Positions 8,317 through 17,624 are shown, counted from the stretch's first letter. The stretch: 64,000 nt of DNA from Dehalococcoidia bacterium (GCA_030018455.1 JASEFU010000002.1:269480-333479), one strand, 5' to 3'. Made by a program: numbers and translations. The notes: generated from the letters alone by a model not told the origin.

Positions 8317-9888
8317 GTGCGCAGAAGCAACTGGATTCTTCTCGGGTTCATAGGGGTCCTTACGGCCTTTTCTCTGGTGGTTATGTGGCCGTCGGAGCCC
8401 TGGCGTTACCTCCCCGACGCGATTCCCTGGCCTGAGGGTCAGGGGATCAAGTTTCCCTTCATCAAGCTGGACGGCGCGAACATCGAGGGGACGACCGTCG
8501 AGCGGCGGGCGATGCGCCTCGGCCTCGACCTGCGCGGCGGCACCCGCCTCGTGCTCGAAGCCGACACCAGCGAGCTCTCGGACGACGAGCTCGACCGCGC
8601 TCTCGAAGGGGCGTCGGACATAATCGAGCGGCGCGTGAACGCCTTCGGTGTCGCCGAGTCGGAGATACAACGGCAGGGCGATAACCGTATCGCCGTGCAG
8701 CTCCCCGGCATCGAGGCGGACGAAGCGATAAGGAAGATCGGCAAGACGGCGCTGCTTGAGTTCCGCGAGCTCCAACGCGACGACCAGGGGAACGTCGCCG
8801 TCAACCAGAACGGCGAAGTCACCTACGTGCCTATGCCTGTCCCCACCGGCGAGAACGACATTACTTTCGCTGCCCGCTACAACCAGCTCCTCGAAAGCGC
8901 CGTCTGGGTCCCTGCCAAGGCGACCGGAAGGGACGGGGTCGAGAAAGAGCTTACGGGCAGGTACCTTTCCGGCGCTTACTTCGGCACCGACAACCTCGGC
9001 AGGGCAGTCGTGAACTTCGAAATGAATGACGAGGGCGCCCACCTCTTCAAGCAAATCACGACCCGGCTCATCGATCAGCCGCTTGCCTTCTTCCTCGATG
9101 GAGAGCCGATCCGGGGCGCCGACGGCAGCATTCAGGCGCCGAGGGTGAACAGCGTAATATCGGACCAGGGCCAGATCACGGGCCTGTCCTTCGATGACGC
9201 CGATTACCTCGCCAAACTGCTGCGCGCAGGGGCGTTCCCCGTCCCTCTGACCGTCGTGCAGCAGGAGGACGTCGACGCCACGCTCGGCGAGGACTCCGTC
9301 CGTCAGAGCGTCATCGCCGGCGAGGTGGCGATGCTCGTCATCATCCTCTTCATGGTGCTGCACTATCGCCTGCCCGGGCTACTCGCGGGCGCTGCGCTCT
9401 TTGTGTACACGACGGTTGTGCTCGCCGTGTTCAAGCTGTGGCCGGTCACCCTTACGCTCGCCGGCATCGCAGCCTTCGTGCTGTCGGTGGGCATGGCGGT
9501 CGACGCGAACATACTCATATTCGAGCGCATGAAGGAGGAGTTACGCATTGGTCGCAGCCTCGTGATTGCGCTTGATGAGGGTTTCAACCGCGCCTGGTCG
9601 TCCATCCGCGACAGCAACGTGTCGACGCTCATTACCTGCGCCATCCTATTCTGGTTCGGCGACCAGTTCGGCGCCAGTCTGGTGAAGGGCTTTGCCCTCA
9701 CGCTGGCGATCGGCGTCATCATAAGCATGTTTTCGGCGATCCTTGTGACGCGCACCTTCCTGCGTCTCGTCATCGGCGCAAGGTGGCTGAGGAACCCCGC
9801 GTTCTGGGCGCCCGACCTGCGTCAGCGGGGCGCGCTAATAGAGCAGGAAGCGGGCGCCACACCCGGCGGAGGAGGTGGCGGAAGCTGA
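8317..9888 (+). CDS. secD: Protein translocase subunit SecD
   Basis: N-terminal TM, a large periplasmic domain and a 6-TM C-terminus (LITCAILFWFGDQFG...). A Gly-rich C-tail (GGGGGS) is present. The stop overlaps the secF ATG. Confidence 0.9.
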   Translation: MRRSNWILLGFIGVLTAFSLVVMWPSEPWRYLPDAIPWPEGQGIKFPFIKLDGANIEGTTVERRAMRLGLDLRGGTRLVLEADTSELSDDELDRALEGASDIIERRVNAFGVAESEIQRQGDNRIAVQLPGIEADEAIRKIGKTALLEFRELQRDDQGNVAVNQNGEVTYVPMPVPTGENDITFAARYNQLLESAVWVPAKATGRDGVEKELTGRYLSGAYFGTDNLGRAVVNFEMNDEGAHLFKQITTRLIDQPLAFFLDGEPIRGADGSIQAPRVNSVISDQGQITGLSFDDADYLAKLLRAGAFPVPLTVVQQEDVDATLGEDSVRQSVIAGEVAMLVIILFMVLHYRLPGLLAGAALFVYTTVVLAVFKLWPVTLTLAGIAAFVLSVGMAVDANILIFERMKEELRIGRSLVIALDEGFNRAWSSIRDSNVSTLITCAILFWFGDQFGASLVKGFALTLAIGVIISMFSAILVTRTFLRLVIGARWLRNPAFWAPDLRQRGALIEQEAGATPGGGGGGS

Positions 9889-10883
9889 TGTTCGATTTCG
9901 TACGCAGGCGCAACTTCTACTATCTGCTGTCGCTGCTCGTGTTGCTGCCGGGCGTCATCTCTCTGATCATTCCGCCCGCCCTGAAGGCCGGCATCGAGTT
10001 CACGAGCGGCACAACTTTCACCGCCCGTTTTCAGAACGAGGTGGAAGAGGACGAACTGCGCTCTGCTCTTGGCGACCTCGGCCACCCCGAGGCGAGGGTG
10101 CAGCGGACGGGCGAAAACAAGTTTCTGGTGCGGACATCGGAGCTGAAGGGGACGACGGAGGCCCCGCCGCTTGGCCCCGCTCCCGAGGGAGAGCGCGACA
10201 TCCTGGAAGCGGCGCTGGTGGAGCGCTTCGGTAGCATGGTCGACGCCGACGGCGAAGTGGTCGACCGCTTCATCGAGTACGCTTCGGTGTCTGCTACCGT
10301 TTCCCGCGAAATCGGGCGGAACGCGGCGATTGCGGTGGGCGCGGCCTCCGTCGCTATTCTTCTCTACATAAGCTGGGCCTTCCGCTCCATCCCCAACCCG
10401 TTCCGCTGCGGTATTGCGGCTACGATCGCCACTCTGCACGACGTGGTGCTCGTCGTTGGGGCTTACTCGCTGCTGGGCAAGCTGTTCGACATGGAAGTCA
10501 ACACAATGTTCATAACGGGACTGCTTACCGTCATCGGCTTCAGCGTCCACGACACCATCGTCGTCTTCGACCGCATCCGCGAAAACAACGCCCGCTACCC
10601 CGACCTCGACCTGCCGACTTCAGTCAACAACAGCATCCTGCAGACACTCGGCCGCTCCATCAACACGTCGTTTACGGTTGTGCTGGCGGTAGTTGCGCTG
10701 CTGCTGATAGGCGGCGTGACAATCCGGCCGTTCCTCGTCGTGATGCTAATCGGCGTGATTACGGGGACGTACAGCTCGATATTCGTCGCCAGCCAGATAC
10801 TGGTGACGTGGGAGGAGCGCGATATCCCGCGCCTCTTCCGGCGCATCGCGTTCCGGCGCGCCCCCGCTCCCAGCGAAGGATAG
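9888..10883 (+). CDS. secF: Protein translocase subunit SecF
   Basis: MFDFVRRRNFYYLLSLLVLLPGVISL... with a 6-TM core (TLHDVVLVVGAYSLLG...). Start is set at the ATG overlapping the secD stop (ATGA), with GGAGG upstream. The upstream ORF-track extension is rejected. Confidence 0.9.
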   Translation: MFDFVRRRNFYYLLSLLVLLPGVISLIIPPALKAGIEFTSGTTFTARFQNEVEEDELRSALGDLGHPEARVQRTGENKFLVRTSELKGTTEAPPLGPAPEGERDILEAALVERFGSMVDADGEVVDRFIEYASVSATVSREIGRNAAIAVGAASVAILLYISWAFRSIPNPFRCGIAATIATLHDVVLVVGAYSLLGKLFDMEVNTMFITGLLTVIGFSVHDTIVVFDRIRENNARYPDLDLPTSVNNSILQTLGRSINTSFTVVLAVVALLLIGGVTIRPFLVVMLIGVITGTYSSIFVASQILVTWEERDIPRLFRRIAFRRAPAPSEG

Positions 10884-11023
10884 CCCGGCACCCGCCGCCG
10901 TCGCCTCCGTGCGGCCATCCTTGCCCTGCGCTTGTTGCCTATCCCGCCCCTCTGCCCTCCGAGTCGAGGCTCCGCACCCGACCCGACCCGCTTTCTTTTC
11001 GACGCCAGATGCAAGACGCTCGC

Positions 11024-11542
11024 TCAGGCGGCGCGGTCCAGGGCTGACGCGTCCTCATCGCTTCGCAGTAGCGACGGCCGGGCTTCGATGCGGCGGGTCC
11101 TCCGGAAGACGAGACGGTCGTTGAGGGCGAAGTTCGTGACGGCAGCGACGCCGATGCCGGCAGCGGCGGCAGGCAAATAGGAAATGAAGACGTTCAGAAC
11201 TGCAAACGCGCCCATGTTCAGCAACCCCGTCGAGGTGGCCGAGCCGTTGAACAGCGCCAGGCGGCGAAGCATGGTCGAGCGGCCCAGCGCCGGCGACCAG
11301 CGGTCGCGCCAGGTGAAGAACTGACTGAGGAAGAAGTTGAGCTGGACGGACAGGGCGAAGCCGGCGAGATTGGCGAGGTGCTCTTCCGCGCCGAGCGTGA
11401 CGAACCCGTGGAGCAGGGCGAGCTGCGCCAGTCCGCAGGCGCCTCCCACGAGCGCGAAGCGGCCCGCTCGCGCTGTCAGGCCGCCGCCGGGCAGATGTCG
11501 GCGTCGCCGCGCTGCGAGACTATCCCAACCGAGAGCACGCAT
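11024..11542 (-). CDS. GtrA-family membrane protein (polysaccharide-synthesis associated)
   Basis: 172 aa with four predicted TM helices. RFALVGGACGLAQLALLHGFVTLG is the GtrA-like N-terminal motif. Confidence 0.6.
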   Translation of the reverse strand: MRALGWDSLAARRRRHLPGGGLTARAGRFALVGGACGLAQLALLHGFVTLGAEEHLANLAGFALSVQLNFFLSQFFTWRDRWSPALGRSTMLRRLALFNGSATSTGLLNMGAFAVLNVFISYLPAAAAGIGVAAVTNFALNDRLVFRRTRRIEARPSLLRSDEDASALDRAA

Positions 11543-11571
11543 CCCGCCCCCTCGGCACCGCCCGTCTCGGT

Positions 11572-13446
11572 CTACTGCCCCTTCGTCCGCCCCTCGCGCA
11601 GGACGCGCTCGTCGCCCACGCGCTGCGTTATCCGACGTTCGTCCAGGTGCTCGAGGAGCGCCTGCGCGTACTTGCGGCTGGTGCCAAACATGTCCCGCAC
11701 CTCCGCCAGCGCGATGCGCCCCTGCTCCGTCAGGCGCCCGACGATGCGCGCGACCATCTCCTCGTATGCTGCGCTGTGGAAAGCGATTCCGTTCACCGTC
11801 ACGACGAGCCCCTGGTCTTCGAGGTAGGCCAGCAGCTCATCGTCGAGGCGGCTGTCTGTTGGAGGCGCGTAGGGGCTGGCGCTTAGCGCGCGCAGGAAAG
11901 CGTCGATTTGCGCCTGTTGCCGCGCCGACGGCTCGACGCGACGTCCGGGAAGCGCAAGGCCGGCGCCCACCTCCTCCAGCAGCCCGGTGTCGAGCCATGC
12001 CTTCGCTGCCTGTCCGAACGTTCGCGGATCGAGCTTGAGGCGGCTGCGAAGCTCCTCCTTTGGCATCGCGCGGCGCAGGGGGTGGTCCCTGTAATACGAA
12101 GCGACCGCTTGGCGGGCCTTCTCGCCCAGAGCGTCGAACCCCTCGCGGGTGAACAACACGCCGTTCTCGGGGTCGCCGCCGGGCGCCACGACGTCGCCGC
12201 TGTCCAGCAGCCCCGCCAGCGCCTGCCGCGACTCGTCCTCTGACCACTCCGACAGCTTCAGTAGCGACTTCACGTCCAGCGGCTGCCGCGACCCGATCAG
12301 CGCCAGCAGCGTGTCTTTGGGCGAGCCGCGTTCGAGCGCCGCCAGCGTCCGCAGCGTCGCCGGGTCGTGACGGCGGTGGCGACGCACGTTGATATCGAGC
12401 ACCGCGCCGCCGCCAAGGGTTTCGTTGGCGTCGCGTATCACGAAGAGATCTCCCTTGAGCAGCGCCGCCGGGGCGTCGAGGCGTATCTGCGCCCACGCCT
12501 CGTCGCCGGGGCGCAGCTCGTCGCGGTCGAGCAGGCGCAGCCGTCCCCAGACCTCCGCCGCGCCGGAGTGGAAGGAGACGCGGGCGTTGTGCCGGATGGG
12601 CCGCGGCAGCGAGGAGAGCGCGCGCACCCGCGCGTCGACGGCGATGGTGGGCCTGACTGCGCCGGGGAGCGCCACAACCTGCCCGCGCGCAAGCTCGTGC
12701 GGCGACACGCCCGACAGGTTCACCGCCGTGCGGCTGCCGGGAAGCGCCGTCTCCACCTTCTGCCCGTGCGTCTGCAACCCGCGGACGCGCGACCGCAGGC
12801 CGCCGGGCGTGATCTCGACCTCCTGACCCAGGCGCAGGCTCCCGTCGATGAGCGTGCCCGTGACCACCGTGCCGAACCCGGCGACCGTGAACACGCGGTC
12901 GATAGGCAGGCGCGGCCGGCCGATGTCGCGCCGGGGCGGCGTCTGCGCCAGCTCGCGTTCCAGCGTCTGCACGAGCTCGTCGAGCCCCTCGCGGGTGACG
13001 CCCGAGCAGGCGACGACGGGCGCGTCCTCAAGCGCGGTGCCCTTGACGACGTCGCTAACGTCGGCCGCGACCATCTCCAGCCAGTCGCTGTCGACGAGGT
13101 CTTTCTTGGTGATGGCGATTACGCCGTTCTTCACGTGGAGGAGGTCGAGGATGGCGAGGTGCTCGCGAGTCTGCGGCATGACGCCTTCGTCGGCGGCGAT
13201 GACGAGCAGGGCGAGGTCGATACCGCCCACGCCGGCGAGCATGTTCTTGATGAAGCGCTCGTGGCCCGGCACGTCGACGATGCTGACCTCGTGGCCGCCG
13301 GGCAGCTTGAGCCAGGCGAAGCCGAGGTCGATGGTCATGCCGCGTTCGCGCTCCTCAGGCAGGCGGTCGGGGTCGATGCCGGTGAGGGCGCGGACGAGGA
13401 CGGACTTTCCGTGGTCGACGTGGCCGGCGGTGCCGATTACGTACAT
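11572..13446 (-). CDS. selB: Selenocysteine-specific translation elongation factor SelB
   Basis: MYVIGTAGHVDHGKSVLVRALTGIDPDRLPEERERGMTIDLGF...DVPGHERF...ITKKD matches the SelB GTPase domain. The long C-terminal winged-helix extension is specific to SelB, not EF-Tu. Start is moved to the ATG at 13446. Confidence 0.88.
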   Translation of the reverse strand: MYVIGTAGHVDHGKSVLVRALTGIDPDRLPEERERGMTIDLGFAWLKLPGGHEVSIVDVPGHERFIKNMLAGVGGIDLALLVIAADEGVMPQTREHLAILDLLHVKNGVIAITKKDLVDSDWLEMVAADVSDVVKGTALEDAPVVACSGVTREGLDELVQTLERELAQTPPRRDIGRPRLPIDRVFTVAGFGTVVTGTLIDGSLRLGQEVEITPGGLRSRVRGLQTHGQKVETALPGSRTAVNLSGVSPHELARGQVVALPGAVRPTIAVDARVRALSSLPRPIRHNARVSFHSGAAEVWGRLRLLDRDELRPGDEAWAQIRLDAPAALLKGDLFVIRDANETLGGGAVLDINVRRHRRHDPATLRTLAALERGSPKDTLLALIGSRQPLDVKSLLKLSEWSEDESRQALAGLLDSGDVVAPGGDPENGVLFTREGFDALGEKARQAVASYYRDHPLRRAMPKEELRSRLKLDPRTFGQAAKAWLDTGLLEEVGAGLALPGRRVEPSARQQAQIDAFLRALSASPYAPPTDSRLDDELLAYLEDQGLVVTVNGIAFHSAAYEEMVARIVGRLTEQGRIALAEVRDMFGTSRKYAQALLEHLDERRITQRVGDERVLREGRTKGQ

Positions 13447-13514
13447 CCTGAATCGAGTATAGCACGGGGCCTCGGGGAAGCGGGAAGCAACGCGCACGCG
13501 CCGTTGTCTTCGGT

Positions 13515-13552
13515 GCAAGAAAAGGGGGTGGCCGTGACAAGGACACCCCCCG
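13515..13552 (-). terminator. Rho-independent terminator between the secreted-protein operon and selB
   Basis: Minus-strand sequence reads GGGGGTG-(13 nt loop)-CACCCCC followed by TTTTTCTT. Confidence 0.55.
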
Positions 13553-13570
13553 GCCAGTTAGCGGGGCTGA

Positions 13571-13771
13571 TCACTTGCAAACACGATGAGGGTTCTCGAT
13601 CGACTGCAGGCCGACGGCCATGTAGTCCAGACTGTTGACCCTGCCGTCTCTGTTTACATCATAGCGGTCATCGTAGTCCCGCCCAGGATACATGTCGTTG
13701 ATGGGGTCGGTTTCGGAAACGGCGTCTGCGAGGCGATAGGCCACCTCGATCAGATCGAAGTCAGGTTCCAC
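13571..13771 (-). pseudogene. Dockerin-like calcium-binding segment (DVNRDGRVNSLD) in the -1 frame relative to the upstream secreted-protein gene; frameshifted C-terminal module or gene fragment
   Basis: The 66-codon frame encodes ...DPINDMYPGRDYDDRYDVNRDGRVNSLDYMAVGLQSIEN. This matches the dockerin / EF-hand-like DxNxDGxVNxxD loop. It overlaps the 3' end of ORF 13750..15003 in another frame and is bounded upstream by TAA two codons before its GTG. Confidence 0.4.
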
Positions 13772-15003
13772 GAGTTATCGTAGACGTAGACAAGGACGTT
13801 GTAGATATCGCTCCTGTAGGCGTGCATGTGCCCGAACTCGAAGTCCTGCTGGCCGATGTATGTGCCGACGGCGTACTCCTCACCGATAGGGCGCCCCAGC
13901 ACTTCGTAAACCCATTTGTACGGGGGATGAGGGGGCGGGCCTATGGGTATTCGCCTGCCGTAGGCCTTCCACATGGTGCCCATGATTCGGTAGGCGGTGC
14001 CGCTGGGATACCCTTCCGTGATGCTGAGGGGTATCTGAAGGCCAGCGTAGTCAGTGACGAAGCTCTGGCTGTACGCGTAAACGCCAGAGCCGAAGTAGCA
14101 GCCCTTCACCCATCGCCGGTTGGCGCCGCACGGCCCCTGGATGGCCGCGCGGGTAGATCCCGCGTCCTGCGCGAAGGCGGCCATGTCCCTTGCGTACGTT
14201 CGGATCGGCCACACGAGGGGACGGTTGTCCGGGCCTCTATCGGCCCAGAGACCTCCGGGGACCCATGGGGGACATGCGCCTGTATATGGTCGGCCGTACC
14301 CCGGCCCCGTGTTGTTGGAGGCGTGGCCGGTCATGTTGTCGTCGCTCAGATGCTGGAGGTCGTAGCCGGTCCAGGGCCAGACGCCGGACATCCAGAGATT
14401 GAGACTGGGGTTCCAGCTGTACGTACCGTCCGTGACGAAGAAGTGTAGATGGCAGTCCATGGGCGACGGTGTTTCGATCGGCCTATCCACGTTGCTCATG
14501 CGTGCCACGAAATCGCCCTGCGCGTAGACACTGTCCCATGGGTAACACGTCTGCCCCTCACAGGAGACGGCGTCATCATTGTATGATACGTGGACATACC
14601 AGGTCTCGTCCAGATCTCCGGGGGCGTTGTAATGCTCGACACCGAGATAGCTGCTACCACCCACCTGTCCCGGCTTGTAGAACTCTGATCCTCCCAAACG
14701 CGTCGCTTTGAGAGGATCCCCGCAATCAGAGTTTGGCCCTTCTGTTTCGTCGCTCTCGTCGTTTAGGTCAATGGCCCACCGATAGGCAGGGACGGCCGTG
14801 GCGTGATATTGGCAGGGAGGTGAACCATCGCTCCCGACGGGGCATCCGCCGTCCCTCTCGTACTTCACACGCTCTGGCCAGGGAGCTCGATATCTTTCCC
14901 AACTGTCGTTGCCCGGTGTGCCGCTAGCGCCGACAAGGCTCAGCCATGCAAGTGATCCGCCGAAAGCTGCCGCTATGAGGGTCAGCCAGAGCGCCTTCTT
15001 CAT
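13750..15003 (-). CDS. Secreted Cys-rich hypothetical protein (signal peptide MKKALWLTLIAAAFGGSLAWL). It carries a weak HLH motif (CHLHFFVTDG) reminiscent of the M23 peptidase HxH. Function unknown.
   Basis: 417 aa. A GGAGG RBS lies 7 nt upstream. Its ATG overlaps the stop of the upstream gene (ATGA). No confident family assignment can be made by eye. Confidence 0.55.
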   Translation of the reverse strand: MKKALWLTLIAAAFGGSLAWLSLVGASGTPGNDSWERYRAPWPERVKYERDGGCPVGSDGSPPCQYHATAVPAYRWAIDLNDESDETEGPNSDCGDPLKATRLGGSEFYKPGQVGGSSYLGVEHYNAPGDLDETWYVHVSYNDDAVSCEGQTCYPWDSVYAQGDFVARMSNVDRPIETPSPMDCHLHFFVTDGTYSWNPSLNLWMSGVWPWTGYDLQHLSDDNMTGHASNNTGPGYGRPYTGACPPWVPGGLWADRGPDNRPLVWPIRTYARDMAAFAQDAGSTRAAIQGPCGANRRWVKGCYFGSGVYAYSQSFVTDYAGLQIPLSITEGYPSGTAYRIMGTMWKAYGRRIPIGPPPHPPYKWVYEVLGRPIGEEYAVGTYIGQQDFEFGHMHAYRSDIYNVLVYVYDNSWNLTSI

Positions 15004-15836
15004 GGCAGTTCCTCCGCTGCAAGCGCAATCCGAAGAGCAAGCCACTTGTTTTCCAGCGTCGGCTCGCTGATGAAGTACGACACGGTATGCCTACCGGGTA
15101 GAGCCACCTCGTGGCCCTGCCCCTTTTCTGCCGCGTTTGGGCGGTATTCGCAAAGGCTGGCCTGCCCCTTAGGTGTGCCGATAGCAACGGGGACGGGACA
15201 ATTGAGCTTCGGCTCTGCCGTAGTCGTGCGAGTGAAGTACATAACGATGGTATCGTTGCCGATGCTCACCTCTGGCTCTTCTGCGAAGACGCTCCAGTCC
15301 GGGGGATAGCACAGCTGAATTCCCACGCCTGTAAAGTCCTTCGCTGTCCAGGATGGGTCACAGCCGGCCAAGACGGTGGCCTGCATTGTTTCAGGGGCGG
15401 GCAAGGCGGGCGTGACAAACATCTCCTCCTTCGCCTTCGCATCGGCCGTTGCCATCTGGTTCCGGGGGTTCTCTTCCGGATGCTCCTTGTAGTAGGCTTC
15501 CAGCTCCGCCAGCGTCGGCGGACTGACGCTGAAGACGTGGCCCTGCTCGTCGATGATGACCTCGTAGCCGATTTCGGAGCGGCAGCGGCGGTACTCGACC
15601 ATTCCTGGCTCCATCTCCGCCAGCTCCGGGCGCGTCCCCTTCACGCTGTCGATGTCCTCCTGTGTCAGCTCATCCTCCCATGAGCCCACAAGCTCCCCAT
15701 GGCCGAAGCAGGGGTCTTCTTCGGCCGTGCCGCCGAGCCGTTCGCGCAGCACCACCGCCAGGGTGAACCCGAGCGTGATGCAGGCGAGGAAGGCGGCGAG
15801 CAAGAGCAGGCGGTTGGGGGTCCTTGGAGCGTGCAT
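15000..15836 (-). CDS. Membrane-anchored hypothetical protein (N-terminal TM, acidic extracytoplasmic domain)
   Basis: 278 aa. First gene of a two-gene operon and translationally coupled to the secreted protein. Confidence 0.5.
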   Translation of the reverse strand: MHAPRTPNRLLLLAAFLACITLGFTLAVVLRERLGGTAEEDPCFGHGELVGSWEDELTQEDIDSVKGTRPELAEMEPGMVEYRRCRSEIGYEVIIDEQGHVFSVSPPTLAELEAYYKEHPEENPRNQMATADAKAKEEMFVTPALPAPETMQATVLAGCDPSWTAKDFTGVGIQLCYPPDWSVFAEEPEVSIGNDTIVMYFTRTTTAEPKLNCPVPVAIGTPKGQASLCEYRPNAAEKGQGHEVALPGRHTVSYFISEPTLENKWLALRIALAAEELP

Positions 15837-15884
15837 CGTGCATCCCTCGTTCGATATATCGCGCCCGAGAGGCTAATTGAACGC

Positions 15885-15912
15885 ATTGTAAATAGACGCC
15901 GCTTTTTGTCAA
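15885..15912 (-). promoter_or_regulatory. Sigma70-type promoter TTGACA-16nt-TACAAT for the 15836 operon
   Basis: Minus strand reads TTGACAaaaagcggcgtctattTACAATg, about 50 nt upstream of the start codon, in an AT-richer intergenic island. Confidence 0.5.
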
Positions 15913-16012
15913 TATCTCCACAACGTGCAACTATATAGTTTTCGGCAGCGCGCTGCTTGACGCTTGTTTTTCGGGTTGCCTACGGGATTCTTATGATGAG
16001 ATTGGGGGAGGC

Positions 16013-16456
16013 CTAGACCGTCTTGAGGCGCTCCAGCGTGGCGATGTAGTCGTCGGGGAGGGCGTAGGCGCGCGCGCCGCGCAGGATCACCTCCACGTAC
16101 GAGCGGCCGGGGTAGAAGTCGCCTGTCTTGTTCGCCACGTAGGTCAGCGCCTCGCGCGCGTCGCCGGCGTCGTCGACCACCGTCACGCGCTCGCGGCGGT
16201 ACGCGGTCGGCACCCCTTCCACGCGGTCCATCGTCGCGATGCACGTATCGTCCACCTCGTACAGCACGCCCCAGACCTCGCAGGCGGCGTCTTCGACGAT
16301 GTCCGCGGAACCGCCCTTTCGCTGACGGGAGTAGCGGGTGAAGGCGAGGCGGTATCCGGGCAGGCGCGCGCGGCCGAGTGGAACGGCGCGGGGGCAGCGG
16401 CGACGGTAGGTGTGGGGGTCCATGTTGGAGGCGTACGCGAAGTAGAGACCGGCCAT
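16013..16456 (-). CDS. Gamma-glutamyl cyclotransferase-like (GGCT/AIG2 family) protein
   Basis: MAGLYFAYASNMDPHTYRRRCP...EVWGVLYEVDD is the AIG2/GGCT-like signature (YGSNM-type motif). Start is moved to 16456. Confidence 0.7.
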   Translation of the reverse strand: MAGLYFAYASNMDPHTYRRRCPRAVPLGRARLPGYRLAFTRYSRQRKGGSADIVEDAACEVWGVLYEVDDTCIATMDRVEGVPTAYRRERVTVVDDAGDAREALTYVANKTGDFYPGRSYVEVILRGARAYALPDDYIATLERLKTV

Positions 16457-16568
16457 GGCTTTCTGGAAGCGGCGCTTTGATTTACAATAACCAGGGACGC
16501 CGACCAGTGTAGCGGAATATCGCGCATAGCGGAACGATCCTACCGCCGCGTCCCATGGAGGCCCCGTA

Positions 16569-17624
16569 TTGGTGAAGGTCGGCCTCATCTATGACCCGCT
16601 CTACCTGTGGCACGACACCGGCGCCCACCCCGAGAGCGCCCTGCGTCTGACCGCCGTAATGCACACGCTGACGGAAGCGGGGCTCACTTCGCGACTCACG
16701 CTGCTGCCCGCCCGCGACGCCACGGAAGAAGAGGTGGCGATGGTGCACGACCTCGATTACATGCAGGGAGTGCACTCGATGGCGCAACGAGGCGGCGCCT
16801 GGGCGGACCCCGACACGTACATCTCGCCGCGGTCGTACGACGCCGCGATGCGGGCCGCCGGCGGCTGTCTCGCCGCGACCGACGCTGCCCTCGACGGCGA
16901 GATCGACAGCGCGTTCTGCCTCGTGCGGCCGCCGGGGCACCACGCCACCGCCGACCGCGCGATGGGGTTCTGCATCTTCAACAACATCGCTATCGCCGCC
17001 CGCCACGCCGTCCGCGCGCGCGGCCTCGAGCGCGTCGCCATCGTCGACTTCGACATCCACCATGGCAACGGCACCCAGGAAGCATTCTACGACGACGGCA
17101 ACGTCCTCTACTTCTCCACCCATCAGTACCCGTACTATCCCGGCACAGGACGCCTTGAAGAGACCGGCGAGGGCCCGGGGCGCGGGTTGAACGTGAACGT
17201 CCCTCTGCCTGCGGGCTGCGGCGACGAGGAGTTCCGGCGGGTCTTCAACGAGGTGCTGGCGCCGCTGCTCGATCGGTTCGCGCCCCAGCTCATCCTCGTT
17301 TCCGCCGGCTACGACGGCCACTTCCAGGACCCACTCGCCAGCATGTCGCTGAGCGTGGCAGGCTACGGGGAGATGATGTCCTTCCTGAAGGAGAAGGCGG
17401 AGCAGTACTGCGACGGGAAGCTGGTCGCGACCCTCGAGGGCGGCTATCACCTGCTGGCGCAGGCGTGGTCGATACGCGCGTCGCTCGAAGTGCTTATGGG
17501 CGATGCGATCACCGCCGATCCCTTCGGCAAGCCGCAGCACGCCGCAACACCGCAGATCGACAAGGTGGTGGCGGCGGCGAAGGCGCTGCACGGGATCAAG
17601 GAGCTGGCGCCGAAGGGCGATTAG
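16569..17624 (+). CDS. Histone deacetylase-family protein (AcuC/AphA-like deacetylase)
   Basis: LVRPPGHHA, VDFDIHHGNGTQ and YFSTHQYPYYPGTG motifs are present. TTG/GTG start. Confidence 0.85.
   Translation: MVKVGLIYDPLYLWHDTGAHPESALRLTAVMHTLTEAGLTSRLTLLPARDATEEEVAMVHDLDYMQGVHSMAQRGGAWADPDTYISPRSYDAAMRAAGGCLAATDAALDGEIDSAFCLVRPPGHHATADRAMGFCIFNNIAIAARHAVRARGLERVAIVDFDIHHGNGTQEAFYDDGNVLYFSTHQYPYYPGTGRLEETGEGPGRGLNVNVPLPAGCGDEEFRRVFNEVLAPLLDRFAPQLILVSAGYDGHFQDPLASMSLSVAGYGEMMSFLKEKAEQYCDGKLVATLEGGYHLLAQAWSIRASLEVLMGDAITADPFGKPQHAATPQIDKVVAAAKALHGIKELAPKGD

Noticed and set aside
7942-9363. 473-aa minus-strand ORF antisense to secD. Similar long antisense ORFs are 635..1222, 1105..1722, 6688..7512, 9822..10550, 12367..13638 (423 aa), 16482..17591, 17885..18691, 21211..22791 (526 aa), 27039..28553 (504 aa), 38621..40126, 40175..41584, 42270..43769, 48383..50128 (581 aa), 59819..60829 and 62712..63857.
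   Set aside because: Each lies opposite a gene with strong, specific homology. The products are low-complexity Arg/Ala/Gly/Pro-rich, as is typical of stop-codon-poor antisense frames in about 68% GC DNA. There are no RBS/start signals or motifs.
13640-13752. UGA (13750-13752) read-through as selenocysteine in the secreted-protein gene next to selB
   Set aside because: Continuing in frame past the TGA gives only about 30 meaningless codons (USRWPIASQTPFPKPTPSTTCILGGTTMTAMM*) before TAA. The dockerin-like sequence is in a different frame, so a frameshift rather than Sec recoding explains it.
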